From positions 5,926,574 to 5,990,573 of the forward strand of contig MU063554.1 of the NCBI GenBank assembly GCA_013265495.1: DNA of 64,000 nucleotides, given 5' to 3'. Every line of letters starts with the position of its first letter. Within the stretch, counting starts at the first letter, position 1. The DNA is from Vicugna vicugna. Lineage: Eukaryota. Below, piece after piece: positions 1-12,646 of this stretch. The notes under the pieces were generated by a model. It had not been told where the DNA came from, searched no databases, and was given only the letters and a program-made list of their open reading frames with translations. The position numbers and the translations under genes are program-made.

Positions 1-299
1 GTCATCAGTACAGAGCTGGAAAAGCCAAGAGAGAAAATAAGCTGAAAAGTTATTAGACACAATGAACACACAAAATGTTCATTAAGGTGTTCAGTGAAGA
101 TGTGAATCAGTAGTTTTCCTAAATATACACAAAAGGCAGCCAGCGAATGGAAGGGAAAATCTTACACACAAGAGCAGCAGGGTATATAGTACACCCATGA
201 ATGATGCTAACAAGAGACGTAGAGGAACTTTAAGAAGAAAAGAAATAGAAAAAGGGAAACTTGGTTAGGGCCACATAAAGATGAGGCTAAGAGAAGAGA

Positions 300-620
300 T
301 TCATCTTGTTCTTAAATGGGAAAGCTCTACATTTTATAACATTTAAATTTTCTCTAAGTTGATTTATACATTCACTGTAATTCTTATCAACATCCCAGCA
401 GAACCTTTCTGAAACTCTAACCAAAGGATTCTAAAATTCATCTAAGGACTCATTTTATTAAAAAAAAAACCCTAGGAGATCTTAAAAAGAATAATAATAT
501 AGGAGACTTGTTTCATAGAATGGAACTACAGTATTAACATATGAGGTACCAGGTGCAAAAACACTGACAGTTCACTCCAGCTGAGAGAGAATCAAGGAAT
601 AGATGCGTGTGTATGTAAGA
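300..620 (+). mobile_element. Old L1 fragment (ORF2 3' region)
   Basis: gatttatacattcactgtaattcttatcaacatcccagca...ttctaaaattcat resembles L1M ORF2. Boundaries approximate. Confidence 0.6.
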
Positions 621-2801
621 ATTAGATTTACAAAAGGTCACAATTCAAATAAACTCTGGTTACCCAGATACAACTTTTTGGGAATAAAATCTGGGGAAAA
701 ATACTTCAATATCCTATAATCTGCATCTCCTTAGAGCGAGTCATTTTAACTCCACAGATACATTCAAAGGATGTGCATCTTGGTGTTTTTAAAATTGGAA
801 AACAGCAATTGGTCTGTTAAAAGAGAATTTTAAACTAAAAATTTATGGATGGCATACTTCAAATGGAATAGTATACAGTCATTAAAATAATGTTATTATG
901 TTCAAAAAATTTTTAAAGCAGTATGTGTGGTAGGATCTCATTTTGGGATGTGTGTACGTGTGTGTGTGTCTGTCTTAGCAATGTATGTATTGCATAAGAA
1001 AAGAATAAAAGAAAAGGCTAAAAGGACCCACTCTGGGTGGTGGTGACTAAATTTTATTTTCCTTATTGCTTTCATGGATCCGTATGAAGTGCGCATGTGA
1101 TCACGTGTGGCTCATGTAACTAAATGTTAATAATAAAGGCAGGGGCATTGGGGACTGTCTGATTTTCTCTCACTCTTGAGGTCAAAAGCCCTCATGGGTA
1201 GAGTAGGTCTGTCTTCTCTGCTGAACAGTAAATTGATGACGTCACTGCGTGTCCTACTTATCCAGCAGCAGGACGTTTGTCCCCAGGGGAAGATATCTCC
1301 GGGAGAAGCAATGTCTTGGCAGATGGTGAAAATCTGAACCCCCCCATCTAGTTCCCTATTTGTCTCACTTCCCTGAAAACTGAGCTAAACTTCAAAGCCC
1401 AATTGTTCCGATGCTCTTCTGTAGTTCAGCCAAGGCAGACATCCGTGGCACCTGCCTGATCTTTCTAGAACCACTGCAGGCATCAGTCATCTGAATGATG
1501 CTGCTGAGCCTTTTAAAATCAGAGCAGGAAGAATGGTGCTGATACAAAGAACGACAGGAGCTGGATTCTAGGAAGAATCAGAAAAAGCGTTTTGATGCCC
1601 ACAAACATCCATGCTCTCTCTCGCCACTAAACGCTACATAGCCTATATATTTCCCTTTGCTTCAAAAGCCAAGGACTTATATCTGAATTCAGCGTACACA
1701 TATGGAATATAAATGATTGATGACTTGCATTTCTGCTTTCTTAAAAATACTTTAAAAATGGCCTTTCTTGCTTTTTAAAAAATCTTGAGTTAAGTTCTTT
1801 CATATTATTTAGTTCCATAGATTTTCAGGGAGACAGACAGCAGAAACTGTGACCTTCAGAGATGTGTAGAGTCAGCCTGGCTCCTAAGGAGACCCGGTGA
1901 GGGTTACAGAGCCAGCCCCTCCAGGGCCAGACTCAGCCCCTCAGTAGTCGGGGAAGGGGGCTCCTCCTAGTGGCAACACTGGCAGGTGCATTGGGGACTG
2001 TCTGATTTTCTATTACTCTTGAGGCCAGAAGAGGGAGCACTCCCAGCTCTGGAGACTCAAGCCTCCACCTCTAAGGAGGTGCCGAACCCAGAGGAGGGGG
2101 CGCCTGCGGTGGGCAGAGGCGTCTGAGCCAAGGATGGTGGCTCCTCCAGCACGTGGAAGGCGGCAGGCACAGACTGCGAGGCCCAGTGGTGGCAGCTAAG
2201 GTCGCACTGAGGACATTCACTCCATCGTTCAGCGGCTGTGAGCCCGTGACCTCAGCCCTGCCGTTAGGACCCAGCGCCAGGGTCTCTGATCCTTCACTGA
2301 TGCCCCAGTCACTCACAGCCCACCAGCCAGTTCACTCAACCTACTCTGGCTCAAGAGGCCCCTGCCCCTGTGGTCCAGATTCTGCCTCCCTGCTGCAGAG
2401 CGTCACCCAGGGATGTGTGCACAGGGTCTGGGTGCAGAGGTGAGCAGCCGGGGTCTCTGCTCCCAGGGAAGCCTCTCTCACTCTGGTCTTACTTCTCTGT
2501 CAATCCGGAGGGTTTATCTGCCTCTCAGTCCCCATAATATCACACGAGCCACTGTCACTTAATGCTCAGTAGTGACAGCAGCTATTCTGTTGTTCTTCCC
2601 CCCTTGTATAAATAGTATAAACAATATTGCCTAATAGGTTATACTGTAAGGGCATCCTGGTCCTGGTCCAAGTTTGCCCGTCAGGGAATGCGTGACCTTG
2701 GGCAGGACAACAACCTCTTTAGACCTCAGATGCCTCTTAAAGAAAGGGAAAAAACAAAAGAAAGAAAGAAGAAAGACCAGTAGATAATAAAATGCAGATC
2801 A

Positions 2802-3081
2802 CAGAGCACTTGTCCTTAAAGTGGGTCACAACGGGATGTTAGGAAGTGCTACGAGACAAAAATATTTCTGTGATCCAATGACCTTGAAAAATACTGGAAC
2901 AAAGGAAGCAAGACAAGTTTCTTCACTGCAGGACTTCCCAGTGCCTTCCAGATGGTCACGCATTTAAAGTCTCCAAGAGGGGAGGATCTAACGCCCTGCC
3001 CCCCGTATTATTTAAATACTGGGTTCTTCACAGAGTCCTTTGAGGGACTCGTGTGTCACACACTCGCTTTTAGAAACATGA
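2802..3081. mobile_element. hAT/Charlie DNA transposon relic (MER103-like)
   Basis: gtttcttcactgcaggacttcccagtgcc...ctccaagagggg and ends resembling hAT TIRs. Confidence 0.5.
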
Positions 3082-3994
3082 CAGTGGCCCTGACTGCTCT
3101 GTAGCAGCCCTGCAGCCCAGGTAGCCCAGGCTATCCTGGTATTATTGAAATATTTAGTAGCCTGCATGCTTTAGAGGTATTTCAAGCTGGTGCCCCACAA
3201 GCTGAACTCGGGATTTGGATTTGGGTCCACGGGTGCAGATGGGTTAAAATATCTGTCAAGAGATCTGCTCTTATCTCTTGCTCTCTCTCTCCACATGGGA
3301 AGGCTCAGCTGTCACACTGGCTCTGACATCTTCATATAACCTCAGGAGTCAGGCAGTCCAGGCCAGAGCCCCTCAGACAGGCTTTCAAGAAGACCAGCCC
3401 TTCCTCTGACTTGGGGGAGGGCCTTCTTTCTTGCATGGGCACTGCCCCCATCACACTTTCAGCACAGGCACTGGGACAAACATCCTTGCCTTCAGCCTGC
3501 TCTCTGAGCACCTTCTCAGCCTGCACTCTCCAACCTCTCTGTCTACCACTGGGTTCCCATCTTGAACCATCTTAATGGTAAGATTCCAGACTTGGGTTTG
3601 GGCTTTGGGGGAAACAAGTCTCTTGAGTCCGAGGCAGATGTCACTGGGTCCAGCTCGGCTGACCAGGGTTTTGTGGATGACATTGGTTCAAAGCCATTGC
3701 CAACAAGAAAACAAACCTTGGATTTTCCATTTGCCTTTTGCATCTTGCTCAGATGTCACTGTCAGGAAACTCGTGGGGAGGTGGGGCTGGGAACTCAAGT
3801 AGGATGTGGGCGGTTCCAGATCCCTGTCGTTTTGCAATTTTAATAGCACACTGGTTTTTTAACACATCAGGGGACAAAGAAAAGAACCCTCGTCTACAAT
3901 GTTGAAAGATCCAAAGAAGAAGAAACAAGATTTCTGACTACCAAGCTCATCTCACACAGTAAGGTTGCCACTGGAGACTGCAGATGAGTTGGTG

Positions 3995-4390
3995 TGGTGG
4001 GTTAGCCAGGGTTCACGAGAGAAGCAGAACCATAGAGTATCTCTGTCTCTAGCTCTTTCATTCTTTATCTATATATTTATCTTTATTATCTGAAAATGGC
4101 TTGAGCAACTCTGGAGGCTGGCAAGTCCCAAATCTGCAGAGCTGATATTCCAGTTTGGGGGCTGTTGGGGAAGCAAATTCTCCCTTTCTCAGGGGAGGGT
4201 TGGCTTTTGGTTCTGCTCAGGCCATCGATGGATTGAGGCCCACTCACATTACGAAGGACAGTCTGCTTTATTCAGTCTACTGACTTAAATGTTAATCTCA
4301 CCCAAAAAATACCCTCTCAGAAACACTCAGAATAATGTCTAGGCGCCATATGTCTGGGCACTCCGTGACCCAGCCAAGCTGACACCTACT
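3995..4390. mobile_element. MLT2-family (ERVL) LTR
   Basis: ttagccagggttcacgagagaagcagaacc...ctgctttattcagtctactgacttaaatgttaatctc...ccagccaagctgacac. Confidence 0.75.
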
Positions 4391-4829
4391 TTGAGGCCTT
4401 CACAGCTGGCATGGAACATAGCTTGGGCTTCTCTTTGTTCTAGTAAGGATGCATCTGGCTTCAGACAGTGAGAGAGAAGCTGATGTCAGCTCAAGAAAAC
4501 TATAGATGCTGGATAGAATCTAAAATATAGATGGTTAAAGGTACTGGAGGACAATGTGGGAGCTTGAATGAAGGGTGGGGACTGCTTTGCAGGGGAGCTC
4601 ACATTTGCTGCTGCCTTTCGCTCTGGGACTTCTGCTGATTTGCAGTCGGGGGCGTAGTGGTGGGCAGGATATGACGGCTTCAAGTCTGTAATAGTGTCAT
4701 CAGGCAGCGGAGACAAAAATGGGAGTTCAGAACCAACAAGAAGTTAGGACGTGAGGGTCTGAGTTCCTAGAGGAAGTGAATCCAGTGTGCTGCATGTAAT
4801 TTCCCTGCAAGGAATTTTCTGACTCCTGT

Positions 4830-4950
4830 GGGGAGGAGGCTATAGCTCAGTGGTAGAGCACGTGCTTAGCATGCACAAGGTCCTGGGTTCAATCTCCAGT
4901 ACCTCCACTAAAGAATAAATAAGTGAACCTAATTACCTATCTTCCCCAAA
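4830..4950 (+). mobile_element. tRNA-Ala-derived SINE (camelid Vic-1 type)
   Basis: tRNA-Ala(AGC)-like head TAGCTCAGTGGTAGAGC...GGTTCAAT...ACCTCCA, then AT-rich body and AACCTAATTACCT tail. Imperfect TSD AAGGAATTTTCTGACTC / AAAGAATTTTCTAACTC. Confidence 0.88.
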
Positions 4951-5229
4951 AGAATTTTCTAACTCTTCAGTGGTGAATGTATGGGATGCTATGCTGAATA
5001 GTCATGTGAAAGTCACTTGCTACAATAACAGATGTTAGCAGGCTCCTGGTACTCAGGAGACAAAAATCGGTGTATGAACATGTGAAGGGGATGGGACTCT
5101 GGAAAGCAGCCCAGGTGTTCAGTTGAGACCTCCTCACTGCTGCATTGTGAGCAAAAGGCCAAGCAAATCAAACCTCAAAAGAGACTGAAACCCAGTCTTG
5201 CCTAATCGAGGGCATCTAGCTGCCTGAGA

Positions 5230-6262
5230 GAAGAAAATCAAATCTCCTCTTGAGGAAGAAAACAGCCAAAGCTACATACATTTTGATACACATTGTCTGA
5301 CATCTAATAAAAAATGACCAGGCTTAAGAAATAACAGAAGAAAAAAAATAAGTGAAAACCAAGAGAAAAAAAAGATAACATATTCACAGGTCTCCAGATA
5401 CTGAGTTCTCAAACAGACTTTAACTGTGGTTATTCTGCATAATGAGATAGATGAGAAAACAGAGACTATCACAGAGACATGGAATCCATAAAAAGAATCA
5501 GATTAAGAGTGAGGGTGTAGCTCAGTGGTACAGCGTGTGCTTAGCATGCATGAGGTCCTGGGTTCAATCCCCAGTACCTCCATTAAAAAAATAATAATAA
5601 CTATAAATAAATAAACCTAATTACCTCCCCCCCAAACCAAACCAAAAAAAGAGAAAAGGATCAAATTAAAATTCTAGTATTAAAAAATTAAGATAACTGA
5701 AATTAAGAATTCAGTAGAATCCTTTAATAGCAGATCAAACAGAGAAAAATAGAGTAGAAGTGAGTGATGAGCAAATAGAAAATACCCAGATTAGGCCCAG
5801 AGAGATAAAAGAATAGAAAATGCAGAAAAGCATGTAAGAGACATATGGAAGGTGATGGAGACATCTAATACATGCCTAATTTTGGTCCCAGATAAAGAAG
5901 AAAAAATTGGAATAAAAGCAATTTTTAAAAAGATAGCATCTGAGACTTTTTCAAAAAGACATCAAATTGCGTATTCAAGAAGTTATACGAACCCCAAGCA
6001 GAACTGCACCTCAAGACATTATTTTAAAACAGTTGGAAGACCAAAAGGAGATAAAAAAATTTAAAGCAACCAGAGGGGGAGAAATTCATTACCTTCAAAG
6101 GATTATGAAGATTACAGATAACTTTTCAACCAAAATTGTGAAAGTCAGAGATACTGGAATGACATCTCCACAGCACTGAAACAAAACATCTGCCTACTTA
6201 GAATCCTACATCCCGTGAAATTATCTCTCAAGAGTGAAGGCAAAACAAAGGTGCTTCACTGA
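5230..6262 (+). mobile_element. Old L1 ORF1-region fragment, interrupted by the SINE at 5507
   Basis: Degenerate ORF1p-like peptide (RTPSR...IILKQLEDQKEIKKFKATRG...ITDNFS) and agaatcctacatcccgtgaaattatc...agtgaaggc. Confidence 0.7.
5507..5653 (+). mobile_element. tRNA-Ala-derived SINE (Vic-1 type) inserted in an old L1
   Basis: Same head and tail as the first copy. TSD AAAAGAATCAGATTAA (5491-5506) / AAAAGGATCAAATTAA (5654-69). Confidence 0.9.
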
Positions 6263-7494
6263 ATCAGTCTGGTTTCTTGACCGGGAAAACAGAGGCGCTG
6301 CAAGCAGTTTTTGTAATAAAGGGTTTTATTACAGGAGCTGGGGCTTCTGTGAGTGTGGATGGATTGGGGGGATATGACGGCTGGGAGGCTGCAGCTGGAG
6401 GAACAGAGAAAGTCGCCAACCACTTTAGCCTGAATTACGGGAGTGGCCAGGATAGCAAACAAACATTGAAAGCAAAACAAAATAAGAAAAGCTAACAAGG
6501 ACTTCTGAAAAACAAAGCTGGAGGATTTGACTTAATATCAAGACTTATTATAAAGCTGCAATAATTAAGACAGTGTAGTATTGACAAAGAAAAACAGATA
6601 GTTCAACAGAGTAGTAAACAAAGATTCTAGGAAAGACCCTTTTTATACATGGATAACTTTAAAGCTCTCAGCTCTGTTCCTGGCTAGAATGAAGGGAATA
6701 GAACATCTATGCCCATTTTCATGGGTTCCCTGAGACTCATGGGACCTTGAGGTGGGTGACAGACACCAGTGGCCTCAATGACATTTTCCCCATGGCGTCC
6801 TGTGTATCTGTGTAGGCTGTACCTGGCTAGTGGCTTAGTCCCAACATCCAAAGCCTACTTGCTTGCAACTCAGGGACAAAATAAGTGTACCTGGGACTTT
6901 CTGACATAACAGAGATGGCTCAAGACCCACCAGAGGCAACAGCATGAGATCTTTGAAAATGAATACATTTTAGGGAGATGTTGACTTACTTTGAAAATAG
7001 TCAGCCTCTTCCAGATGGTTAAAAGTTCGAGCTGGAGTATAAATACATATGGAATCTCCACTGGGGGATAAACTGACTGAATTCACAGATGATTGAAAGT
7101 GGCAGCTTAAGAGGGGAGGGAAGAAGCAACAGTGAATGATCACTAACAGCGATGTTTTCTAGAGAAACCCACGGGGCTCTCACCCACGTGTGTCTCCACA
7201 GGCACTCCCTCTGAGCGCCCCAGTGACACAGCGAATGTCCCTGCACCAAGAGTGCTCTCCCCTCCAGATGAAGTCTTTCACGCCCAGCCAAAGTCCCTAA
7301 GACTCACCATCCACACATTTGGGTTTCAAAGATGTGCAACCTACATGGTTTCACTGGGAGGGGTCACATCTGACACCTGGGCCTGGTGGCCACTTGGGAG
7401 ATTAGGACATTCCCCAGAGCTGAGCTGTGTTCTGTGGGAGTAAAGGGCAGCCTTGATGGCTGGGGCAGCCAAAAGAACAGCGTGGGAATAAAAG

Positions 7495-7690
7495 AAATAT
7501 TCATTGAGCACCTACTGTATACCAGGCTCTCAATGTGTCACACTCATAGCCTCATTGGGTGTTCACCATTCTGTAAATTGGGTTTCGTATTTTCCATTTT
7601 GCAAAAGAGATTGAGGCACAAAGGAGTCAAGTAACATGTCCAAGTTTGTCCGACCAGCGGGAGGGGACAAGAATTCACTAGCGTCCAGAA
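7495..7690. mobile_element. MIR SINE
   Basis: cattgagcacctactgtataccaggc...ccattttgcaaaagagattgaggcaca...aagtaacatgtccaag. Confidence 0.65.
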
Positions 7691-8129
7691 GTTTGTTTCA
7701 ACTTGTGTCTCAAGGAGAGGAGAAAGGAGAAAAGGAAGGGAAAATGTGCTGCAGGTGCAGCTTGAAAGGGAGTGGGTTCCCTCCCACTAAACCCTCACAC
7801 AGAACATGCTGTGCCCCTGTACCATGTCCTTCACCCCGCTCTCTCCATCCTCACCTCTGAGTCTGCCTCAAAATTCCCCCACACAATTATTTAGTAAAGG
7901 GGTTTGGCTGGTTATTTGAGGCCATTCTCTGACTCAGAGGATGGTTATCAACAGATAAATGGGCATGTCTGTCCTCCACCCATGCTTCTGAGTCTTTCTT
8001 CCCCAGGTGCTCCAGCTCCTGGTGTTTCTCCCATCTCTTCCCTCCTTGGACCTAGAAGGTCAGGTCCTCGCTGTGTAGGAGCCAAGGAGATGAGGTTGGG
8101 TGGCTTTTGAGCTGTGCTTCTGAGAGGAG

Positions 8130-8350
8130 GTGTGACCTAGAGGTTAAGCACAAGAGCTACGGAGTCGAACAGCCCAGTTCAAATCCAGGCTCTGCCACGG
8201 ACTAGCACACCGTGCCTCAGTTTCCCCACCTGTAAGATGGAGACACGGCAGAACTGCTGCACATGATTTCGGGGAGAACTAAGCTTGTTGATATCCAGCA
8301 ACTGTCTATAATGGTGTCTAGTGTATAGTAGGCGCACAGCTAACATTAGG
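8130..8350. mobile_element. MIR SINE
   Basis: ggttaagcac...gttcaaatccaggctctgccac...gcctcagtttccccacctgtaagatgg core. Confidence 0.75.
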
Positions 8351-10640
8351 CATGTCTCTCCCTCAGAATCAGTGTTATTTCTCAAAAAGGCACTGGCCCC
8401 AGAGAGGGAGACTGAAGGGTTGGTCGCTGATTCTGTGATCGCCATGCCTGGGCCAGACCAGAGAGTGAATGACCATCTCTGGACCAGAAGAGATGGCCAG
8501 GTTCCCCTTGCAGTCTCTCTTCGAAGAAGGGTGAAAGGAAACTCATTATAGCCTTCAGCTTAAATCCAGCCAGTGCTCTGCTTGGTCACCATCCAGGGCC
8601 CGGCTGCCCCGCGCCTGCATCGCAGGGGCACTTTTCTGCGCATGCTCTTGTCCACAGAGGACCCGTCCTTGCTGATTTCTCTCTCTAGTGTGTAATTCAT
8701 TCACTTGTTTTGTTTACTGGGTGTTACCCCCAGTAGACTATAAGCCCCATGAGGGCAGGAATTATTGTCTGCTTTGTTCACGGCTCTAGTCCCAGTGTCC
8801 GACAGTGCCCGGCACATAGTGGGTCTTCAGTAAACCTGTTCTGAAGCACTGAATGTGTGCCTCCCAATAGCCCTGCACATAGCCCACATAAAAGCCGCCC
8901 ACATACTTTAATATAAGTACTTGTTCAATGTCCATCTCCCCTGCAAGTCTGGGAGCCCCAGGAGGTTGGGATCTTGTCTGTCAGCTTCCCTACTCCACTC
9001 TCAGAATCTTCCAGAATGCCTGACCCAGTGTAAGATGTTCTACTCAGGAACCTCTTCCTTTGATATCTCTGACCTGCATGTTCTTAGGAAAACCAGTCAC
9101 TTCTTTGTGCAGAAATCAGTCCCGCTGCTGGAGAGGAGTTTGGCAGCTCTTCAAGCGTTTGAATACAGCTCGTCCTCAGGTTTTAGTTCAAAGCGACAGA
9201 AGGCTTTGTGCCTGGCAGGTGGCCCAGGCCATGGGGCGGGCTCCTGGGAATTTCTCCTTTGTAATAAGAGAAGTGGTGTCCACAGACCCAATAGGCAGGC
9301 AGCGCAGAGTGGGGAGGGGGAGCAGAGGGCCAAACGGGGCTGGTTGGATGTGGGATCCTGTGTGGGTGGCCTGGTGGAGAGGGGAGGGGTGGTCAGGACA
9401 GGGCACGTGATGGGGCTGGACTCACAATGCAGTGCCCTTCTGGCTGCCCCTCCCCTGTGGTCTCATCCATGCTCACATGTCAGAGGATTTTCCAATCACC
9501 ACCTTGTCCACATCCACACCTGCTCACGTGGGCCTACGGTGGCTCCCCACTGTCTACAGGACGAACTCCAGACCCCTGACCCCGGCATCCAAAGCCTCTG
9601 ACCTTTCACCTCCGAATCCCTGTCCAGCTCTTCTGCTCTGATCCAGCACAAGTTTGCTCTTGCTGCAAAACTGGTTTTCTTGTGTTTTCTCAGATCAGAA
9701 CCTATGTCTTTCTTTTCCCCAGTGGCCTTTGCCCATCACATATCTCCTTCACCCTCTCCCAGACTATCTTATCCTCTTTCCCTTTATTTAAGACTTCCCT
9801 GCTTTTCAAGATCCAGCTGAAGCCTCTCCTCCTTGGGGTGGGGGTGGGGATTTCTACTCCTTGGTACAGCTTCTTCTGTACATGCCCCACCCACAGCCAC
9901 TCTCTAAGTCTTGGCATCAACCTCATGGTGGGGACAGGAGTTGTCACATACATGAAACATACATGCAGCTAAGTTGGCATCTCTTTGAGTTTCCCCACCA
10001 CATCCAGATAGATGCCTTTTTAAGATGGGAGGGCGCACTTGTGGGAGCGGGGCTTCCGACCACTAAAGGATGCATCATTGCATCTGCATACTGCCCCCAG
10101 ATTCATCCCGTTGACCAGGTGTGTGCTCTATGCCCACTGTCCCATCAGGCCATGAAGACTCTCCCCTGTCTTTGATCCTGGGTTGTCCTTGGGCGTGGGA
10201 CCTCTGTATCCAGATTGGCCCATCCCCACACCCCCTTCTCCTTATGGAACATAGTTTGGAGCTCCTATCCCGGCTTCCATCTCCTTTCAGGGTGAACTAA
10301 TCCCTGACACCCAGGGATGACGTTTCAGGGTGACATCACTTTGCTGTACAGCCGAGATCGGCCACCATAAAGGGAGGGACTCGCTTACTTCTCCTGATGT
10401 ACTTTGTGCCTTTTCCTGGGACCTATACCCAAAGGGCACTCAGGAAAGCCCAGCAGTGGTGGCAGCAGTGGCGGATGTCTCCAGGGAGCCCCTAACAGGA
10501 GGCTGTTCTCATCTTAACCTTCTAACCACAACTGACACCAGATTGGAGGAAATTGCAGAGGGAATGGCTGACCACTGCTCTGCGTGTTGACCCTCCCTTG
10601 TAAGCATCTCCCCTCACTGTTCACAAAACCCAAGATCAAC

Positions 10641-10646
10641 TTTATT
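10641..10646 (-). terminator. SERPINA11 polyadenylation signal AATAAA
   Basis: tttatt on the + strand, about 115 nt after the stop. Confidence 0.7.
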
Positions 10647-10760
10647 AGCATCTTCACACCCTGACTACCTGGTCCCCACTGCACCCCCGAGATGCAGGCT
10701 GGGGCTGGCTCTCCTGATTTTCAGGCAGGGGGCAAGACACCCGCTGGCCTCCCACCACAG

Positions 10761-10964
10761 TCACCCTGCAGCTGGGTTGACAACTTTTCCCAGGAAGAGG
10801 AGGCTCTGGGTGGTCACCTCCCAAAGGAGGAGCAGGAAAGGCCGGTTGAAATGGGCATGTGGGGTGGATGTCGCGGTCAGAGACTGGGCCTGCGAGAGGA
10901 GGCTGGAGGCGGCCCCGGCCTCGGTTCCCCGCTCACTCATGTCCACTGTCGCTTTGTGTGACAC
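10761..10964 (-). CDS. SERPINA11: SERPINA11 last coding exon with reactive centre loop, ends ...GKVVNPAAG*
   Basis: Contains [20 protein letters not shown]...FNRPF...FLGKVVNP serpin signature. Acceptor ttccttgtAG, stop TGA. Total CDS 1269 nt = 422 aa. Confidence 0.97.
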   Translation of the reverse strand: MSHKATVDMSERGTEAGAASSLLSQAQSLTATSTPHAHFNRPFLLLLWEVTTQSLLFLGKVVNPAAG

Positions 10965-12039
10965 CTACAAGGAAAGAAGAGGGGCAGAGACAGGGTCGGT
11001 CCAGGGCGCTTTGAGGGAGCAGATTCCACATGGTCTGGCACTAGGGAGGTGGGGGCGGAGTCACCCCGCTCAGGCCCCGCCTCCCGAGGAAGCAACTCCA
11101 GCCTTTGTTTCATTTCCCTCCTCTCCCCATTTTCTCTGCCTCCATCATTTCCTGAAGGGGGCAATCACGCTATGCTGATTGCTCTTTGATGGGAAGACAG
11201 ATGGACCTGAGCAAGGCTGAGGGAGGTCTGAGTATGTACCAGGCTACAGAAACCCTACAGTGATATTTAGGGACATTTCCCAAGCACATGGCACAGACCC
11301 GAGTGTCACTTTCTGCCTTGAGCTGCACTTGCCCCCTCTAAGCCTCAGTTTTCTCATCTTTACAATAGCTTGCTCAGCCTAAATCAACTGTTTTCCAAAC
11401 GAGCTCAGTGGAACGGGGTTGTCTGAGGTGCCAATCCCTCCACAGGCCTCTGTGAAAAGGACTCTTTTTTTAAAACTTCATTGTCATGCAACTTCTTAGG
11501 AAGAAAGACTTCTGAGGCTTTAACAAAGAAAAAGTTGAAAAACATTCATTTCTAAAAAGGTCTATGAAGAGCTAAATCTAACATCTAAGGTCACCGTGAT
11601 TGAAATTCTTTAAAAGGCTAAATTATTTCTTTTCCCTCTTGTTTTCTCTCTCCATGGCGGGTGAGTATGTGCGCGCACACACACACACAGACACACACAC
11701 AGGACCACGTCCCTGTTCCTTAATTTCACATTCCAAATCTCAGCTAGTCTTTCGCAAATAAAGGACAGAATACTTTCCTTATGAAATTCCCAGCAAAGAC
11801 TTAAATGTTAACTAAATGTTTCCTCTTAAACAGAAAGAAAACTGAAGACCAGAGAAGGGCTTTTTTTGGCCTCCCTAGTGTGGAAAATTGCATTATTCTT
11901 TTCAAGTGTGAGCTCCCCTTTCCTGTAGGGAGTTATCCGCCATCACCAGTGCCCTGTGACTTGCAGTGCCTCCTGCAAGAGAAGAACACAAGCGCATCCC
12001 CTTGACGGTGACCGTGACTGTGGGACTTCCTTTAGCCAA

Positions 12040-12316
12040 TGATATGTGTGTGACCTTGACAGAGATCAGGTGTGAAAAGTGTTAGGTGCCAATGCACATT
12101 TTCTCTTGTTTTGTCCCCACTGCTGGAAGAATGGTATGTCCCAAATGGGGGCTTCTCCTTAAACCTACATTCTGGAAGGAAGAAGATCTGAAGCAGATCT
12201 GTAACCAGGTGGCAGGGACATACCTCTGACACGTCACATGGACAGGAAATCAACCAGTTAGGATGAGGCACTGAGATTTGGGGTTGTTTGTTACTGCGGC
12301 AAAGCTGATAAATACA
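12040..12316. mobile_element. MLT1-family (MaLR) LTR fragment
   Basis: Ends gcactgagatttggggttgtttgttactgcggcaaagctgataaataca, a typical MLT1 end. Confidence 0.6.
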
Positions 12317-12646
12317 CTCAAGAGCTGTAATAAAGGCTGATAGAGCTCCACTGTCTGCCCTTGGAGGACGTTTAAGGGATTAAAACACCTGGGGAACTTC
12401 TGCTTCCGTGGTTGACCTTGAATGTGCATCTACTCTATTCAAGACTCTGTTCCTGCTTTGAAGAATATAGAAGTCTAGAAGAAGGGGGAGTGGAAAGGGA
12501 GCTGCCTGTGAAAAGAAACCTTAAAGGTGTGATATTAAAGAACCAGAATAGAAGAAAGGGGGAACCTGACTTTAATATGCACCTAATATCAAAGGAGAAG
12601 ACATAACCTCCCCCGCAGACAGACACATCCACGTTCACCGCCTTAC

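Noticed and set aside
2071-2443. Overlapping short ORFs in a GC-rich patch, or a possible SERPINA1 upstream exon
   Set aside because: No recognisable protein, and I could not match it to SERPINA1 leader exons.
3597-3617. Peptide LFPPKPK resembling IgG CH2 in the minus-strand ORF 3543-3743
   Set aside because: Seven-residue match only; flanks show no Ig-domain residues at the right spacing.
4830-4905. tRNA-Ala(AGC) gene calls (also near 5510 and 33955)
   Set aside because: SINE tails, TSDs and stem mismatches indicate retroposed SINEs rather than tRNA genes.
9233-9292. GC box, near NF-kB site and CCAAT cluster
   Set aside because: Short common motifs; the NF-kB site is imperfect and no TSS or exon is linked to it.
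8921-9601. 226-aa plus-strand ORF
   Set aside because: No recognisable domain; its end overlaps L2-like sequence, and it has no splice or promoter support.
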